From Escherichia coli (GTDB lineage: Bacteria; Pseudomonadota; Gammaproteobacteria; Enterobacterales; Enterobacteriaceae), in the NCBI RefSeq assembly GCF_044324875.1, contig NZ_CP172185.1: 64,000 nt of DNA; one strand, given 5' to 3'. The notes below the pieces were generated by a model. That model searched no databases, was not told where the DNA came from, and was given only the letters and a program-made list of their open reading frames with translations. The position numbers and the translations under genes are program-made. Shown one piece after another: positions 31,957 through 43,186 of this stretch (positions within the stretch are counted from its first letter, which is position 1; the number at the start of each line of letters is the position of its first letter).

Positions 31957-32998
31957 TATTAGCGGTAAGCTGTGCGTAGGCCAGCAAATGCGGGATTATT
32001 GCCCCTGTATATTCCGGCTCTCTGATAATGTGGTCGGATGTGTTGATTAAATAGTTTGTGCGAAAAATGCACCTGTAACCATCAGTTAACAACGGATATA
32101 CAGGGGGGACCATGAATGATAAGGGGGTGCCGTTTGATGTGCTCCTGCAAAAGCTGAATGCTGCACGCGCCGCAAGGGAACGTGAGCGCATGAGTAATAA
32201 CCCTGTCCCTCCTGAATTACCTCGCCCTGAACATTTTCCGCTTGAGGATTTCATCAGGGGACGAATCCGAACAAAACGATAACCGCCGCCGTGATATGAG
32301 GCATCACGACGCAATGCATTACAGGTGAGCACCATGAACAAATCCATATTATCCCCCACAGTTCTGGACGTAAACACAAAGCAGCGACAGATATTATTAC
32401 GCGCCGTCATTAAAGCCAGACACGAGAAATTAAACCAAATCTTAAGATAAGATACGCCGCTACCGCTGTAAGTCTTCATCAGAAACAGAAAACGCCAGAG
32501 CAGATGAGCACGGAGGTAACTCTTTATGAAAATAAACGAATCAGGGGAAATTACCGAAGCCAGCGTGGTACGCCAGCGGAGGCGGGAACGACGGGTACGG
32601 CCCCCCGCGCCATCCGATAATTTCCCGCTTGAGCGCTTCATCAGTGAACGGCCCCGCATACGCTGGAACGGCACAACCCCATACCCCGAGGAGAGACAGA
32701 CAAAAAACAAACAGCGATGATGAAATCTGGAGGCCAATACCATCACCCAGCCAGTCGGGGATTGCTGGCGGGCTTCCTGTTCGCTGGTGGCCCCGATGGT
32801 AATAACGCGTGGTTGTGCTGTGCTCAGGGCGATAAAACGCCAGATGTATTTATTCAGGTTGTGCGGGTCCCGCCCTTGCGGGTGTGTGGTATGATTTAAC
32901 ATAGCTACCTCGATACGCTTTCTATCGTTGGTGGTTAGAAGCCCCGTTACTGCTCCAACAGTGCGGGGTTTCGTCGTTTCTGCACCTTTCATCAACAA

Positions 32999-33051
32999 GG
33001 TGTTGAACACCAATTTAAGCCTAGGTGTTAAACACGCCAAGTGTTGAACAC
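32999..33051. promoter_or_regulatory. Three palindromic operator-like sites (GTGTTGAACAC, GTGTTAAACAC, GTGTTGAACAC)
   Basis: Three copies of an 11-bp palindrome spaced ~20 bp apart, ~50 bp upstream of the RHH-like small ORF. Confidence 0.55.
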
Positions 33052-33100
33052 TTATTTTTTTCCTGCATACTGCATTTGTTTTTTGTAAGGGGTACACAAC

Positions 33101-33279
33101 ATGGCGACAAAAGCAGTAAACGCAAAATCACAAACAGTTGCGGCAAGGGTTCCGCATGAAGTTATGAACAATGTTGAGGCGGTAAAAATGCCTGGTGAAA
33201 GTACAGGGCAGTTTGTAACAGCAGCATTAAAGCGAGAAGTTGAATACCGCCAGCGCCGCAAGGCCAAAGAATCAGAATA
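33101..33279 (+). CDS. Ribbon-helix-helix-like small DNA-binding protein (59 aa), divergent from the island operon
   Basis: MATKAVNAKSQTVAARVPHEVMNNVEAVKMPGESTGQFVTAALKREVE fits an RHH beta-alpha-alpha pattern; AAGGGG SD. Confidence 0.4.
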
Positions 33280-33328
33280 ATCACTATCAGCGCCGTGGTG
33301 TGAGGTACTGCGGCGCATTGTTTTAAAG

Positions 33329-33529
33329 GTGATAATTATGAATAACCAGGAACTACAAAATAAAGCATTATCAATTATCATGCGCCAGCGTGAGAAAACC
33401 CGCAGGGAAATAAATAAGGCATTAACCCGCACTGAAAATCTTAAAGTTCCTGATAAGTTCGCCCTTGATCCTTTTGTCGAGAAATACCCTCGGCGCTTAA
33501 AAGCAAACAAAAACCGCCCACCTGGCTGA
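33329..33529 (+). CDS. Hypothetical small basic protein (63-66 aa) downstream of the RHH gene
   Basis: ORF with AAGGTGA SD; possible two-gene module with the RHH gene. Confidence 0.3.
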   Translation: MIIMNNQELQNKALSIIMRQREKTRREINKALTRTENLKVPDKFALDPFVEKYPRRLKANKNRPPG

Positions 33530-33667
33530 CAATCCACCAGCAAGCCACCACACTGGACACATTGCCCACCAGCCAGCAAATCGCTATGATGTTCGGGCTT
33601 ATGTTTAGTGTTTTCCCATTGGCGACCGCCCCCGGTCGCCTTTGTTTTATGTGTCATATACTCCCCT

Positions 33668-33877
33668 TTACGCTGCCTTGCCTGAATTAATGCGATCCCG
33701 GCTTTTAACCCATTCCATAACCTCGGACAGCAGCCAACCTACAGAACGCCCACCAAGATTACGGCGAGACGGAAAGCTCCCTTTTTTCTCCAGTTCGTAG
33801 CGTGTAGTGCGACACACTCCAGTTAACTTACGACATTCATCCTCACGGATTACGCGATCTTCATTTATTTCACGCAT
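33668..33877 (-). CDS. alpA: AlpA/Vis-family phage transcriptional regulator (69 aa)
   Basis: MREINEDRVIREDECRKLTGVCRTTRYELEKKGSFPSRRNLGGRSVGWLLSEVMEWV matches the AlpA (P4 Vis-like) HTH family; the track ORF is extended upstream. Confidence 0.7.
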   Translation of the reverse strand: MREINEDRVIREDECRKLTGVCRTTRYELEKKGSFPSRRNLGGRSVGWLLSEVMEWVKSRDRINSGKAA

Positions 33878-34296
33878 ACAAAAACCTACATAAAAATTAC
33901 GTATATAAACTTTTCTCTTAGCTGTAGATATATGAGATCGGATATTACTTAGATTCTTTTTCACCTCTTAAATTAAAAACACAACCATGCTAAAGGCTTT
34001 GTTCGCTAAGGTTCGTAGAAGCTCGTTAGTGTTTAAAATCGTGTCACGAGTTTTTAAGCGACGCAACAAAAAATGTCGTCATTTGGCATGTCACCTGAAT
34101 TACCTCATTAAAAACAAATAGATAAACCATCAGATGTTGGAACAATCAAGAAACAGAGAATAAGAACTCAGAAGAAGACATTTCAATTTTTTTCGATAGT
34201 TGACACATATAAAGAGAAGATATTTGCAGATATTCCCCGATATTCTAAGATCTATTCACGGCTGTAATCTCTTAAAGAAAAAACAGCCGTAATTTG

Positions 34297-35535
34297 TCAA
34301 GAATTTTGGGGGTAAATTCGCGGGGTCATAACAACGATTTTTTCATCATTGTTCTGGAGAAGCTCGAGACGGTCTACCCATAGATTAAGAGCGTCACGCT
34401 TTGCATCGAGATAACGGGAGTGGTTATAGACGCGTTGCATTCCTGGCATCTGGTGGGCAGTAAGCTGTTCGACAATATGCGGATCCACGCCTAAATCGTT
34501 CAGCATGGTTGTAAATGTGTGCCGGATGTCGTGCAACGACCAGGGGGCTTGATTAATGCGTCTGTGTGCCGTTCTTCCGTACTCTGCTACGGATGATTGC
34601 CCTTTCAGTTCTCCAAGCAATAAGCCCGTGTGCCTGTTCTGCTCCACCAGCTTCATGACGAACGGCAAGATCGCTTCCGGTATTGGCCTGAATATTGCTA
34701 CCTTCGTTTTGCTGTGTTCTTTCGGCACAGTCCAGAGCATTTCTTTAAAATCCCATTCCCGAACCTCGGAGCGTCTTAGCTCAGTGGTACGGCATCCGAA
34801 GACAATCAGAAGGCGAATTAAAGCGCTGTAGTACGGCGGGAAAATTTTTTCATCCAGTGCGCGGAGTAGCTCGCCAAGCTCCTTGTTTGTTAGCACTCGC
34901 TCGCTTATTTCTGCTTTTTTTCCCACATCACCTACGACCATATCATCAAGAACGTTACTGACGGCGTAGCGACGTTTACGGCAGTACTTAAGCGCCTGTT
35001 TGCATACCTGCAACAAAAAGCCGGCTGATACCGGATTACGCTTAGCAAGCTGGTCAAAACAGGCCAGCCAGTGGCGTAGCTCGCATTTATCCAGCGGCAT
35101 AGCACCAATCTGGCTGATTATGTGCTTATTGATACGGCTTTTCAGTGATTCGTGGTCAGTGCGCTTTTCCTTCGCATACGACTCAAGCCAGTAAGTGAGC
35201 GCGTCCTTAACCGTCACGGGGGCTAACGCTTCCTGCACTGTGTGATTAAGCTCATGGCGTGGATTTTTCCCCTCCGCCAGCCAGGCGCGACACTGTGCCG
35301 CTTTTTCCCTGGCTGCTTTCAGGCTCAGATCGGGATAGTTGCCCAGTCTCAGGCGTTCCGGTGATACCTGCCTGCCAGTTCCGGCCCTGTAAGTGAAATA
35401 CCAGGTTAACAGGCCGCTGGTGGAATGTCTTACGCTAAGATTGCCACCGTCATTAAAAAAGGCGTTTTTTGTGGTTGGTGATCCGCTTAATTTTCGTAAA
35501 AGAGTGTCGCTAAGTCTATGAATTGCGCTGCTCAT
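34297..35535 (-). CDS. int: P4-type tyrosine integrase (412 aa)
   Basis: C-terminal catalytic region with HDIRHT and RVYNHSRY motifs; att repeat 25 bp upstream of the start. Confidence 0.85.
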   Translation of the reverse strand: MSSAIHRLSDTLLRKLSGSPTTKNAFFNDGGNLSVRHSTSGLLTWYFTYRAGTGRQVSPERLRLGNYPDLSLKAAREKAAQCRAWLAEGKNPRHELNHTVQEALAPVTVKDALTYWLESYAKEKRTDHESLKSRINKHIISQIGAMPLDKCELRHWLACFDQLAKRNPVSAGFLLQVCKQALKYCRKRRYAVSNVLDDMVVGDVGKKAEISERVLTNKELGELLRALDEKIFPPYYSALIRLLIVFGCRTTELRRSEVREWDFKEMLWTVPKEHSKTKVAIFRPIPEAILPFVMKLVEQNRHTGLLLGELKGQSSVAEYGRTAHRRINQAPWSLHDIRHTFTTMLNDLGVDPHIVEQLTAHQMPGMQRVYNHSRYLDAKRDALNLWVDRLELLQNNDEKIVVMTPRIYPQNS

Positions 35536-35559
35536 GTTTCGCGTTTCCGGTCATCAAAA

Positions 35560-35583
35560 TTAACTACACCATTGACTACACCG
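35560..35583 (+). repeat. Right att-type direct repeat (TTAACTACACCATTGACTACACCG)
   Basis: Matches 25219..25242 with one mismatch. Confidence 0.7.
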
Positions 35584-35938
35584 TGCATCGTACAAGGGCA
35601 AACCGTGACGAACAAGAGCGAACAAGTAAAACAAAATTTTCCTTTATAATCATAGCGATGAATGCACACAAAACACTACCACGAACACCCGCGAACACTA
35701 GATGATAAATAACTATCATCTATCGTTGGCATCAGGACATCTGTCACATTCCTGTCAATAGCGTTAACTGCTTCAAATTTTTGATTCATACCTGCCCCCT
35801 GGCCCCTGTCAAATGCTTGACGGCTCGCCCTAATTCTCTAAATTGTATTTCTAGAGTTGGCGAGGTTTTGAACAGCCCCCTCTCTGACCCCGGTTTATTC
35901 CATCTTACTTGTATAAGATTTGCGAAGGATGTCGAAGC

Positions 35939-36163
35939 ATGGAAAAGGGTACTGTTAAGTGGTTCAACAATGCCAAAGGGTTTGGTTTCATCTGCCCTGA
36001 AGGCGGCGGCGAAGATATTTTCGCTCATTATTCCACCATTCAGATGGATGGTTACAGAACGCTAAAAGCTGGACAATCCGTTCAGTTTGATGTCCACCAG
36101 GGGCCAAAAGGCAATCACGCCAGTGTTATTGTGCCCGTCGAAGTAGAAGCGGCAGTCGCATAG
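35939..36163 (+). CDS. cspD: Stationary-phase cold-shock-domain protein CspD
   Basis: 74 aa MEKGTVKWFNNAKGFGFICPEGGGEDIFAHYSTIQ... (CSD with RNP motifs). Confidence 0.95.
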   Translation: MEKGTVKWFNNAKGFGFICPEGGGEDIFAHYSTIQMDGYRTLKAGQSVQFDVHQGPKGNHASVIVPVEVEAAVA

Positions 36164-36235
36164 CTCTTCTGTCTCATTGTGTACATCCTAAAGGCAAAAT
36201 GCCAGCCCGATCGGCTGGCATTTTTATCTCAAAAA

Positions 36236-38182
36236 TTACTCTCGTGCCAGAGCATCTACTGGATCCAGTCGTGCCGCATTTCGTGCGGGTAACCAGCCAA
36301 ATAAAATCCCGGTGACCGTCGAGCAGAGAAACGCCAGCAGCAGCGCCAACGGTGAAAAACCAATCTCCCAGCCGGGTAAGAAAAGCTGTAAGGTGAAAGC
36401 AATTAACAATGACAGTGTTATTCCCAACGCGCCACCGACCAGGCAAACCAGTACGGCTTCGATCAGGAACTGTTGCAAAACATCGCTTGCTCGCGCACCT
36501 ACAGCCATGCGAATGCCAATTTCCCGCGTCCGCTCGGTCACTGACACCAGCATAATATTCATTACACCAATACCGCCCACCACCAGCGAAATCACCGCCA
36601 CCAGCGTCAGAAACAGTTGTAAAGTACGTGTGGTCTTTTCAACGGTTTTCAAGACGCCGTCCATGTTCCAGGTAAAGAAATCCTTTTTTCCGTGGCGCAG
36701 TGAAAGTAAACGCATGAGTTGCTGTTCCGCCTCAGCGCTGTCAAATCCTTCTTTCACCCTGACAGTAATGGAGTTCAGCCACGACTGGCCCATAACTCGC
36801 CCGGACATCGTGCTGTAAGGTAGCCAGACACGCAGCACTTTACTGCTACCAAACATCGACTGTTTTTCTTCCGCCACACCAATGACTCTGGCGGGCATAT
36901 TGCCGACCAGAATCACCTCGCCAACCACATCTGCTTTATGGGGGAAAAGCTGGCGGCGAGTATTACTGTCGAGAACTACGACCTGCGCACGACCGTTCAG
37001 CTGCTCCTGATTAAAGGTGTTCCCTTCACTGAAGGTCATGCCATAGACATTAAAATAATCGCCGCTCACGCCATTGGCACTGGCAGCCACATCAACATTG
37101 TTATAACGCAGGCGCAGGTTTTGCGAGACGGCAGGTGTGGCTGAGGCGACCCACGGTTGTTTTTGGATGGCGATTAAGTCATCGTACTTCAGCGCCTGCT
37201 GATATTGCGGATCGTCATCGCCAAAATCTTTCCCGGGATAGACATCAATAGTATTCGTACCAATAGAACGAATATCCGCCAGCACCATTTGTTTGGCGGC
37301 GTCACCCACCACGACAATGGAAACCACCGACGCAATACCGATAATAATCCCCAGCATGGTCAGTAAAGTACGCATTTTATTCGCTGCCAGCGCCCGCCAT
37401 GCCATCGTCAGCGCCTCGTTAAAACCGCTGACAAACTGCCGCCAGCCAGACGCCGTGTTGACAGCAGGTTCCGTCCCGCCAGCAACATTCACTTTTTCAA
37501 TGGCGGGAGGATTGCGCACAATTTCGCTGTCGCGAATTTCGATCACCCGCTCGGCCTGAGCAGCGACCTGCGGATCGTGGGTGACGATAATCACCGTATG
37601 CCCGCGATCGCGCAGCTGATGCAGGATCGCCATCACCTCTTCGCCAGAATGGCTGTCCAGTGCGCCGGTCGGTTCATCGGCAAGAATTACCTGACCGCCG
37701 TTCATCAATGCCCGCGCGATGCTGACGCGCTGTTGCTGACCACCCGAAAGCTGTGCCGGATAATACTCTGTACGGTCTTCCAGCCCCAGTCGTTGCAGCA
37801 ACTCCTGGGCGCGAAGCAGCCGCTGTTTCCGCTCAAGACCGGCATAGACGGCGGGTACTTCAACGTTCTGCTCGGCGGTTAAATGCGAAAGCAAATGGTA
37901 ACGCTGGAAAATAAAGCCGAAATGCTCGCGGCGCAGTTGCGCCAGCGCATCGGCGTCCAGTGTGGCAACATCCTGACCGGCGACGCGATAGGTGCCGCTG
38001 GTGGCCTTATCCAGGCAGCCGAGAATATTCATCAGGGTCGATTTGCCGGAACCCGAAGCGCCGACAATCGCCACCATCTCACCAGCATAAATATCGAGGG
38101 TGATGCCCTTCAGCACCTCAACCTGCTCATCACCGGCAGGATAGCTGCGACGAATATCCTTTAATTCGAGCAAGGGCGTCAT
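36236..38182 (-). CDS. macB: Macrolide export ABC transporter MacB
   Basis: 648 aa; N-terminal NBD (GASGSGKST) and C-terminal FtsX-like permease. Confidence 0.95.
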   Translation of the reverse strand: MTPLLELKDIRRSYPAGDEQVEVLKGITLDIYAGEMVAIVGASGSGKSTLMNILGCLDKATSGTYRVAGQDVATLDADALAQLRREHFGFIFQRYHLLSHLTAEQNVEVPAVYAGLERKQRLLRAQELLQRLGLEDRTEYYPAQLSGGQQQRVSIARALMNGGQVILADEPTGALDSHSGEEVMAILHQLRDRGHTVIIVTHDPQVAAQAERVIEIRDSEIVRNPPAIEKVNVAGGTEPAVNTASGWRQFVSGFNEALTMAWRALAANKMRTLLTMLGIIIGIASVVSIVVVGDAAKQMVLADIRSIGTNTIDVYPGKDFGDDDPQYQQALKYDDLIAIQKQPWVASATPAVSQNLRLRYNNVDVAASANGVSGDYFNVYGMTFSEGNTFNQEQLNGRAQVVVLDSNTRRQLFPHKADVVGEVILVGNMPARVIGVAEEKQSMFGSSKVLRVWLPYSTMSGRVMGQSWLNSITVRVKEGFDSAEAEQQLMRLLSLRHGKKDFFTWNMDGVLKTVEKTTRTLQLFLTLVAVISLVVGGIGVMNIMLVSVTERTREIGIRMAVGARASDVLQQFLIEAVLVCLVGGALGITLSLLIAFTLQLFLPGWEIGFSPLALLLAFLCSTVTGILFGWLPARNAARLDPVDALARE

Positions 38183-39294
38183 TGTGCAGCTCCTGGTTTG
38201 GCCTCACCAATCACCACTTCATCGCCCGCTTCCAGCCCTTTGACAATCTCAACATCGGTATCGTTACGTGCGCCAATCGTCACTTCACGCTCGCGTGTTT
38301 CACCATTACGCAACAATTTGACTTTATAACGATTATCGCCAACCGGATCGCCTAACGCCGACAGAGGGATCGTCAGCACATTTTTCACATCGGTGAGCTG
38401 AATATGCACTTGCGCGGTCATATCCAGCCGCAGCAAACCATTGGGGTTGGGGACTTCAAAACGGGCGTAATAGAAAATAGCGTCGTTAACCTTTTCCGGC
38501 GTCGGTAGCACATCCTTGATTTGCCCCTCGTAGCGCGTCAGCGGATCGCCAAGCACCGTAAACCAGGCTTTTTGCCCCGACTTCAGGTGGATTACATCCG
38601 CTTCAGAAACCTGCGCTTTTACCAGCATGGTGCTCATATCTGCCAGCGTCAGAATGTTCGGTGCTTGTTGTGCGGCAATCACCGTTTGGCCTTGCAGAGT
38701 GGTGATTTGCGTGACTTCCCCGGCCATCGGGGCAACGATGCGGGTGTAATCGAGATTGCTTTTAGCCGTATCGAGTGAGGCCTGATTGCGCTTGATTTGC
38801 GCGTCAATGGTGCCAATTTGCGCCTGTTTCACAGCCATCTCCGTCGCGGCGGTATCAAGATCCTGCTGTGAAACCGCTTGCGTTTGTGCAAGACGTTGCT
38901 GACGGGAATACGTCACCCGCGCCAGTTTCAGCTCCGCTTCCGCCTGCTGCCGCTGCGCGCGTAGCTCCATCAGCGTTGCTTCCACCTCCTTAATCTGGTT
39001 TTCAGCCTGTTCAGGATCAATAACCCCTAAAAGCTGGTCTTTTTTTACTTTATCGCCAATCGCCACCGACAGCGTTTTCAACTGACCGCTGACCTGCGCG
39101 CCCACATCAACCTTACGCAGCGCGTCCAGCTTTCCGGTCGCCAGCACGCTTTGCTGTAAATCACCGGGGCGCACAATCAGCGTCTGATAAGTCGGCACGG
39201 GTGCGTTAAGAATTCTCCATAACGTAATCAGCCCGGCAATGACTATCACCAGCGCAATAACGTAACGCTTCTTCACGGTTTTCCGCTTTTTCAT
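38179..39294 (-). CDS. macA: Macrolide export membrane-fusion protein MacA
   Basis: 371 aa from [21 protein letters not shown]...; stop overlaps the macB start. Confidence 0.95.
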   Translation of the reverse strand: MKKRKTVKKRYVIALVIVIAGLITLWRILNAPVPTYQTLIVRPGDLQQSVLATGKLDALRKVDVGAQVSGQLKTLSVAIGDKVKKDQLLGVIDPEQAENQIKEVEATLMELRAQRQQAEAELKLARVTYSRQQRLAQTQAVSQQDLDTAATEMAVKQAQIGTIDAQIKRNQASLDTAKSNLDYTRIVAPMAGEVTQITTLQGQTVIAAQQAPNILTLADMSTMLVKAQVSEADVIHLKSGQKAWFTVLGDPLTRYEGQIKDVLPTPEKVNDAIFYYARFEVPNPNGLLRLDMTAQVHIQLTDVKNVLTIPLSALGDPVGDNRYKVKLLRNGETREREVTIGARNDTDVEIVKGLEAGDEVVIGEAKPGAAQ

Positions 39295-39408
39295 AAATAT
39301 TCTGAATACTCCATATGCCAATCCGGGTCATTAACTTCAACGAAATATCAACAAAACCCTAAAATTTACGTTAGTAATCACACTATTGATGTTTGGTTAA
39401 GATACGCA

Positions 39409-40401
39409 ATGGTGAAATCGACGTCATGTATAACCATTGATTTCATGAATATGTCGCAGCTAACTGAACGGACCTTTACGCCATCTGAATCTCTCAGCAG
39501 CCTGTCACTTTTTCTTAGTCTGGCACGTGGACAGTGTCGGCCGGGTAAATTCTGGCATCGCCGTAGTTTTCGCCAGAAATTTTTGCTGCGCTCGTTGATT
39601 ATGCCGCGTTTAAGCGTTGAGTGGATGAACGAACTTTCCCACTGGCCTAATCTCAATGTGTTGTTAACGCGCCAGCCGCGACTGCCTGTGCGTCTGCATC
39701 GCCCTTACCTTGCGGCGAATCTTAGCCGTAAGCAATTGCTGGAGGCGTTACGTTACCATTATGCGTTACTCCGCGGGTGTATGTCGGCGGAAGAATTCAG
39801 CTTATATTTGAATACCCCCGGGCTGCAACTGGCGAAGCTGGAAGGCAAAAACGGCGAGCAGTTCACACTTGAGCTGACCATGATGATCTCAATGGATAAA
39901 GAAGGTGACAGCACAATCCTGTTCCGCAACAGCGAAGGTATTCCTCTGGCAGAGATCACGTTTACCCTGTGTGAATATCAGGGGAAAAGAACAATGTTTA
40001 TTGGCGGACTGCAAGGCGCAAAATGGGAAATTCCACATCAGGAAATCCAGAATGCGACGAAAGCCTGCCACGGGCTATTTCCCAAACGCCTTGTGATGGA
40101 AGCAGCCTGTCTGTTTGCCCAACGTTTGCAGGTAGAGCAGATCATTGCCGTCAGCAATGAAACACATATTTACCGCAGCCTGCGTTATCGCGATAAAGAA
40201 GGCAAGATCCATGCTGATTACAACGCGTTCTGGGAGTCGGTCGGCGGCGTATGTGATGCTGAACGCCATTACCGCCTTCCGGCACAGATAGCACGAAAAG
40301 AGATTGCCGAAATCGCCAGTAAAAAACGGGCTGAATACCGTCGGCGCTATGAGATGCTCGACGCTATTCAGCCACAAATGGCCACGATGTTTAGCGGTTA
40401 A
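39409..40401 (+). CDS. ybjX: VirK/YbjX-family protein
   Basis: 330-aa ORF in conserved position between macA and ybjD; exact start uncertain. Confidence 0.8.
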   Translation: MVKSTSCITIDFMNMSQLTERTFTPSESLSSLSLFLSLARGQCRPGKFWHRRSFRQKFLLRSLIMPRLSVEWMNELSHWPNLNVLLTRQPRLPVRLHRPYLAANLSRKQLLEALRYHYALLRGCMSAEEFSLYLNTPGLQLAKLEGKNGEQFTLELTMMISMDKEGDSTILFRNSEGIPLAEITFTLCEYQGKRTMFIGGLQGAKWEIPHQEIQNATKACHGLFPKRLVMEAACLFAQRLQVEQIIAVSNETHIYRSLRYRDKEGKIHADYNAFWESVGGVCDAERHYRLPAQIARKEIAEIASKKRAEYRRRYEMLDAIQPQMATMFSG

Positions 40402-42056
40402 TCCGCGCGACCGCGCGCCAGCCACAGCACGCGTGAGAACATTTTTTTCAGCAGCGTCGGTACGGAATCCACACCACGACGTCCTGCCTCCATTGCCACT
40501 TCAATGGCAAGATCGGGTTTGGAAGAGCGATGGATCGCTTTCGAGATAATTTTGCGCAGATTCATCGGTACATTTTCCGGGATTTGAGCCACGCGGTGGA
40601 ACACATCGGAAAATCCCTGGCGATACATAAAATGTTCCATATCCAGCGCCGGTAACGCCGTTAAATGTTCTCGTTCGGCTTCCCGATCGTTATTCAACAG
40701 GCTGCGTACCGTAGCGGCATATTTCTTCCCTGCTTCATCGCCATCGACCAGTACATGCCATTCAATCCCCATTCGCCGGGCAAATTTAACCAGTGGCTTT
40801 AGCCCGGACTGGGCAAACTCAATGACCTTGATCCCTTCGGCATCAAAATGATGTCCGCACTGACGCGCCAGTTCATTGATAACCCAGGTTTCCGTTTCGC
40901 CTTCCACCAGCAGCCAGCAGCGTGCAAACAACGATGACGGACGATTAAAACGAATGTGGAAAGAGATGCGTCGGCTATCTTCGGTACTCAAACCACTCGG
41001 CCCCAGACGCCAGGCGGCAACGCGCGAGGACTCACGTACCAGTCGGCAAACATGCTCTACTGGCGTTAACGAAAGCAACTCACCCGAGTTGGTGGTGGCA
41101 ATGCGCTGCAATGGCAGAAGATTCAACAGATGCCAGGCAACTGAAAGCATAATGGGGTGTAAACGGGTTTCTGGATCTTCGATCAGCAACAATGGACGGG
41201 CGTCTTTATCCAGTCGCAATGTGCCTTTTGCCTGCAATAAAGTAGCAAACAGGCCGAGCAAAATAACCCGATACGAGCGCCCTCCAGGTCGGTCAATCAT
41301 CCTGTTGATGATATCCAGATAGCGCCAGCTTCGTTGCTCATTGCTGGCCCGCCGCCGCATTAAACGATATCGCGCCTGTCCGGCCCCCTGCTCAGAGAAA
41401 TAATGCTCAAGCAGCTGTACCATTGCGGAAAGTCCCTGACGAATCTGCCCATCAGAGAGATTTTGCGGATGTGAGGATAGCTCACGGGCGAGGAAATCGA
41501 GCTGGCGCGCGGTGACTTCCACATTAGGGACATTTGGCACCGTGCCGTTACGAATACGGCGCATAAAACGGGCATCACGCAAGCGCAGCACCGGCATTAA
41601 ACGCACCAGATGGCGTGCCTGGTCGTTAATATCCTCGACATCAATCGGATGTCCGTCTTTATCGAGAAAACTGCGCAGTGTCATCACGCTGCCGTCTTCC
41701 GCACTCTCCCCTTCCAGACGATAAAAAATACGGTGATAGCCATCGGTGCATGGCGTCCAGCACGCTTCCAGCGGCCGATAGCGGCGAACCCGATGTCGGC
41801 CTGGCAGCGATTCGCGGAAGGTCAAAATAATATGCAGATGATGTTCTCGCCCGTTGATATCTCCCGGCGGGAACCAGAAATCGTCGCGCTCAAAATGGTA
41901 GAGATCTGATTCTGGCGATAGCAGCAGGGTTAAGGCGTCCAGCAAGCTGGATTTACCCCACGCGTTCTCCCCAATCAGGACGTTGTTTTGTTCCAGCATC
42001 AACGACAAACGGTTGATACCGCGAAAACCCACAATTTCAACGCGCTCAAGAATCAT
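40398..42056 (-). CDS. ybjD: OLD-family ATPase/nuclease (AAA-ATPase + Toprim) YbjD
   Basis: 552 aa; N-terminal ABC-type ATPase (NVLIGENAWGKSSLLDAL); conserved chromosomal position. Confidence 0.85.
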   Translation of the reverse strand: MILERVEIVGFRGINRLSLMLEQNNVLIGENAWGKSSLLDALTLLLSPESDLYHFERDDFWFPPGDINGREHHLHIILTFRESLPGRHRVRRYRPLEACWTPCTDGYHRIFYRLEGESAEDGSVMTLRSFLDKDGHPIDVEDINDQARHLVRLMPVLRLRDARFMRRIRNGTVPNVPNVEVTARQLDFLARELSSHPQNLSDGQIRQGLSAMVQLLEHYFSEQGAGQARYRLMRRRASNEQRSWRYLDIINRMIDRPGGRSYRVILLGLFATLLQAKGTLRLDKDARPLLLIEDPETRLHPIMLSVAWHLLNLLPLQRIATTNSGELLSLTPVEHVCRLVRESSRVAAWRLGPSGLSTEDSRRISFHIRFNRPSSLFARCWLLVEGETETWVINELARQCGHHFDAEGIKVIEFAQSGLKPLVKFARRMGIEWHVLVDGDEAGKKYAATVRSLLNNDREAEREHLTALPALDMEHFMYRQGFSDVFHRVAQIPENVPMNLRKIISKAIHRSSKPDLAIEVAMEAGRRGVDSVPTLLKKMFSRVLWLARGRAD

Positions 42057-42481
42057 ATCCCCTCCAGAAATATGTGACTTATCCTTTACGCTGGCAGTAT
42101 AACGGGAAAGGCCATGCTAATACGTGATGACATCACATTTAAGCATGGCAAATGTCTGAAAAATGAGCGAATAATCGCGTTATACTCCCTCTTGCTGATA
42201 AGCCTGCAAAAACAACAAAATCAAATAATTAGCATGATAAATTATTTTTTATTACGCCTAAAGGATTAAATCTTTTGCTTGCACTACACTGTCAATCAGA
42301 CAAATGACTATATGGGGCAACCCGCTGTTGCCCTAAATCAAATTTACTGGATTTATTTATCTGGTGAATGACTCGCCTTCGTTTTTAAAATAGCCGCGCA
42401 TTATTTCCGTCGTCACTTTTTTACGACGACCCTATAAAACGACCATATTTTTCACAGGGTCAATTTTTAATTGAGGTGGAT

Positions 42482-43177
42482 ATGTTCAGAAAATTAGCAG
42501 CTGAATGTTTTGGTACTTTCTGGCTTGTTTTTGGTGGCTGTGGTAGTGCCGTACTGGCCGCAGGCTTCCCGGAATTAGGCATTGGTTTTGCCGGCGTGGC
42601 GCTGGCATTCGGTCTGACCGTTCTGACGATGGCCTTTGCTGTTGGTCATATTTCTGGTGGTCATTTTAACCCGGCGGTCACTATTGGTTTATGGGCTGGC
42701 GGACGTTTCCCGGCAAAAGAAGTCGTTGGCTACGTAATTGCCCAGGTTGTCGGCGGTATTGTTGCGGCGGCGCTGCTGTATTTAATTGCCAGTGGTAAAA
42801 CGGGTTTTGACGCGGCAGCCAGCGGTTTTGCTTCTAACGGTTATGGCGAGCATTCGCCAGGCGGTTATTCCATGCTTTCCGCGCTGGTAGTTGAACTGGT
42901 ATTGAGTGCAGGTTTCCTGCTGGTGATCCACGGCGCAACCGACAAATTCGCTCCTGCTGGTTTTGCGCCGATCGCTATTGGTCTGGCCTTAACCCTGATT
43001 CACTTAATCAGTATTCCGGTGACTAACACTTCTGTTAACCCGGCGCGCAGCACCGCGGTTGCTATCTTCCAGGGCGGCTGGGCATTAGAACAACTGTGGT
43101 TCTTCTGGGTGGTGCCAATTGTCGGCGGCATTATCGGTGGTCTGATTTACCGGACCCTGCTGGAAAAACGTAATTAA
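42482..43177 (+). CDS. aqpZ: Aquaporin Z
   Basis: 231 aa with two NPA motifs (HFNPAV, SVNPAR). Confidence 0.95.
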   Translation: MFRKLAAECFGTFWLVFGGCGSAVLAAGFPELGIGFAGVALAFGLTVLTMAFAVGHISGGHFNPAVTIGLWAGGRFPAKEVVGYVIAQVVGGIVAAALLYLIASGKTGFDAAASGFASNGYGEHSPGGYSMLSALVVELVLSAGFLLVIHGATDKFAPAGFAPIAIGLALTLIHLISIPVTNTSVNPARSTAVAIFQGGWALEQLWFFWVVPIVGGIIGGLIYRTLLEKRN

Positions 43178-43186
43178 TTAACGCAG

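Larger units (their letters stand above)
25219..35583 (-). mobile_element. Integrated phage satellite (PICI/P4-like chromosomal island, ~10.4 kb) in the clpS-cspD intergenic region
   Basis: Flanking 24-bp direct repeats; P4-type integrase, AlpA, primase-helicase, iteron ori, cos + Nu1-like small terminase; no capsid/tail/large-terminase genes; genes all on the minus strand. Confidence 0.8.

Noticed and set aside
31670-33097. 475-aa minus-strand ORF spanning the island regulatory region
   Set aside because: Only the last ~95 codons look protein-like; the rest is Arg/Ser/Cys-rich with no motifs and lies antisense to small plus-strand ORFs with Shine-Dalgarno sites; treated as a read-through artefact apart from its 3' end.
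33052-33657. 201-aa minus-strand ORF between alpA and the operator palindromes
   Set aside because: Junk-like composition; overlaps the palindromic operators and the better-supported plus-strand RHH gene.
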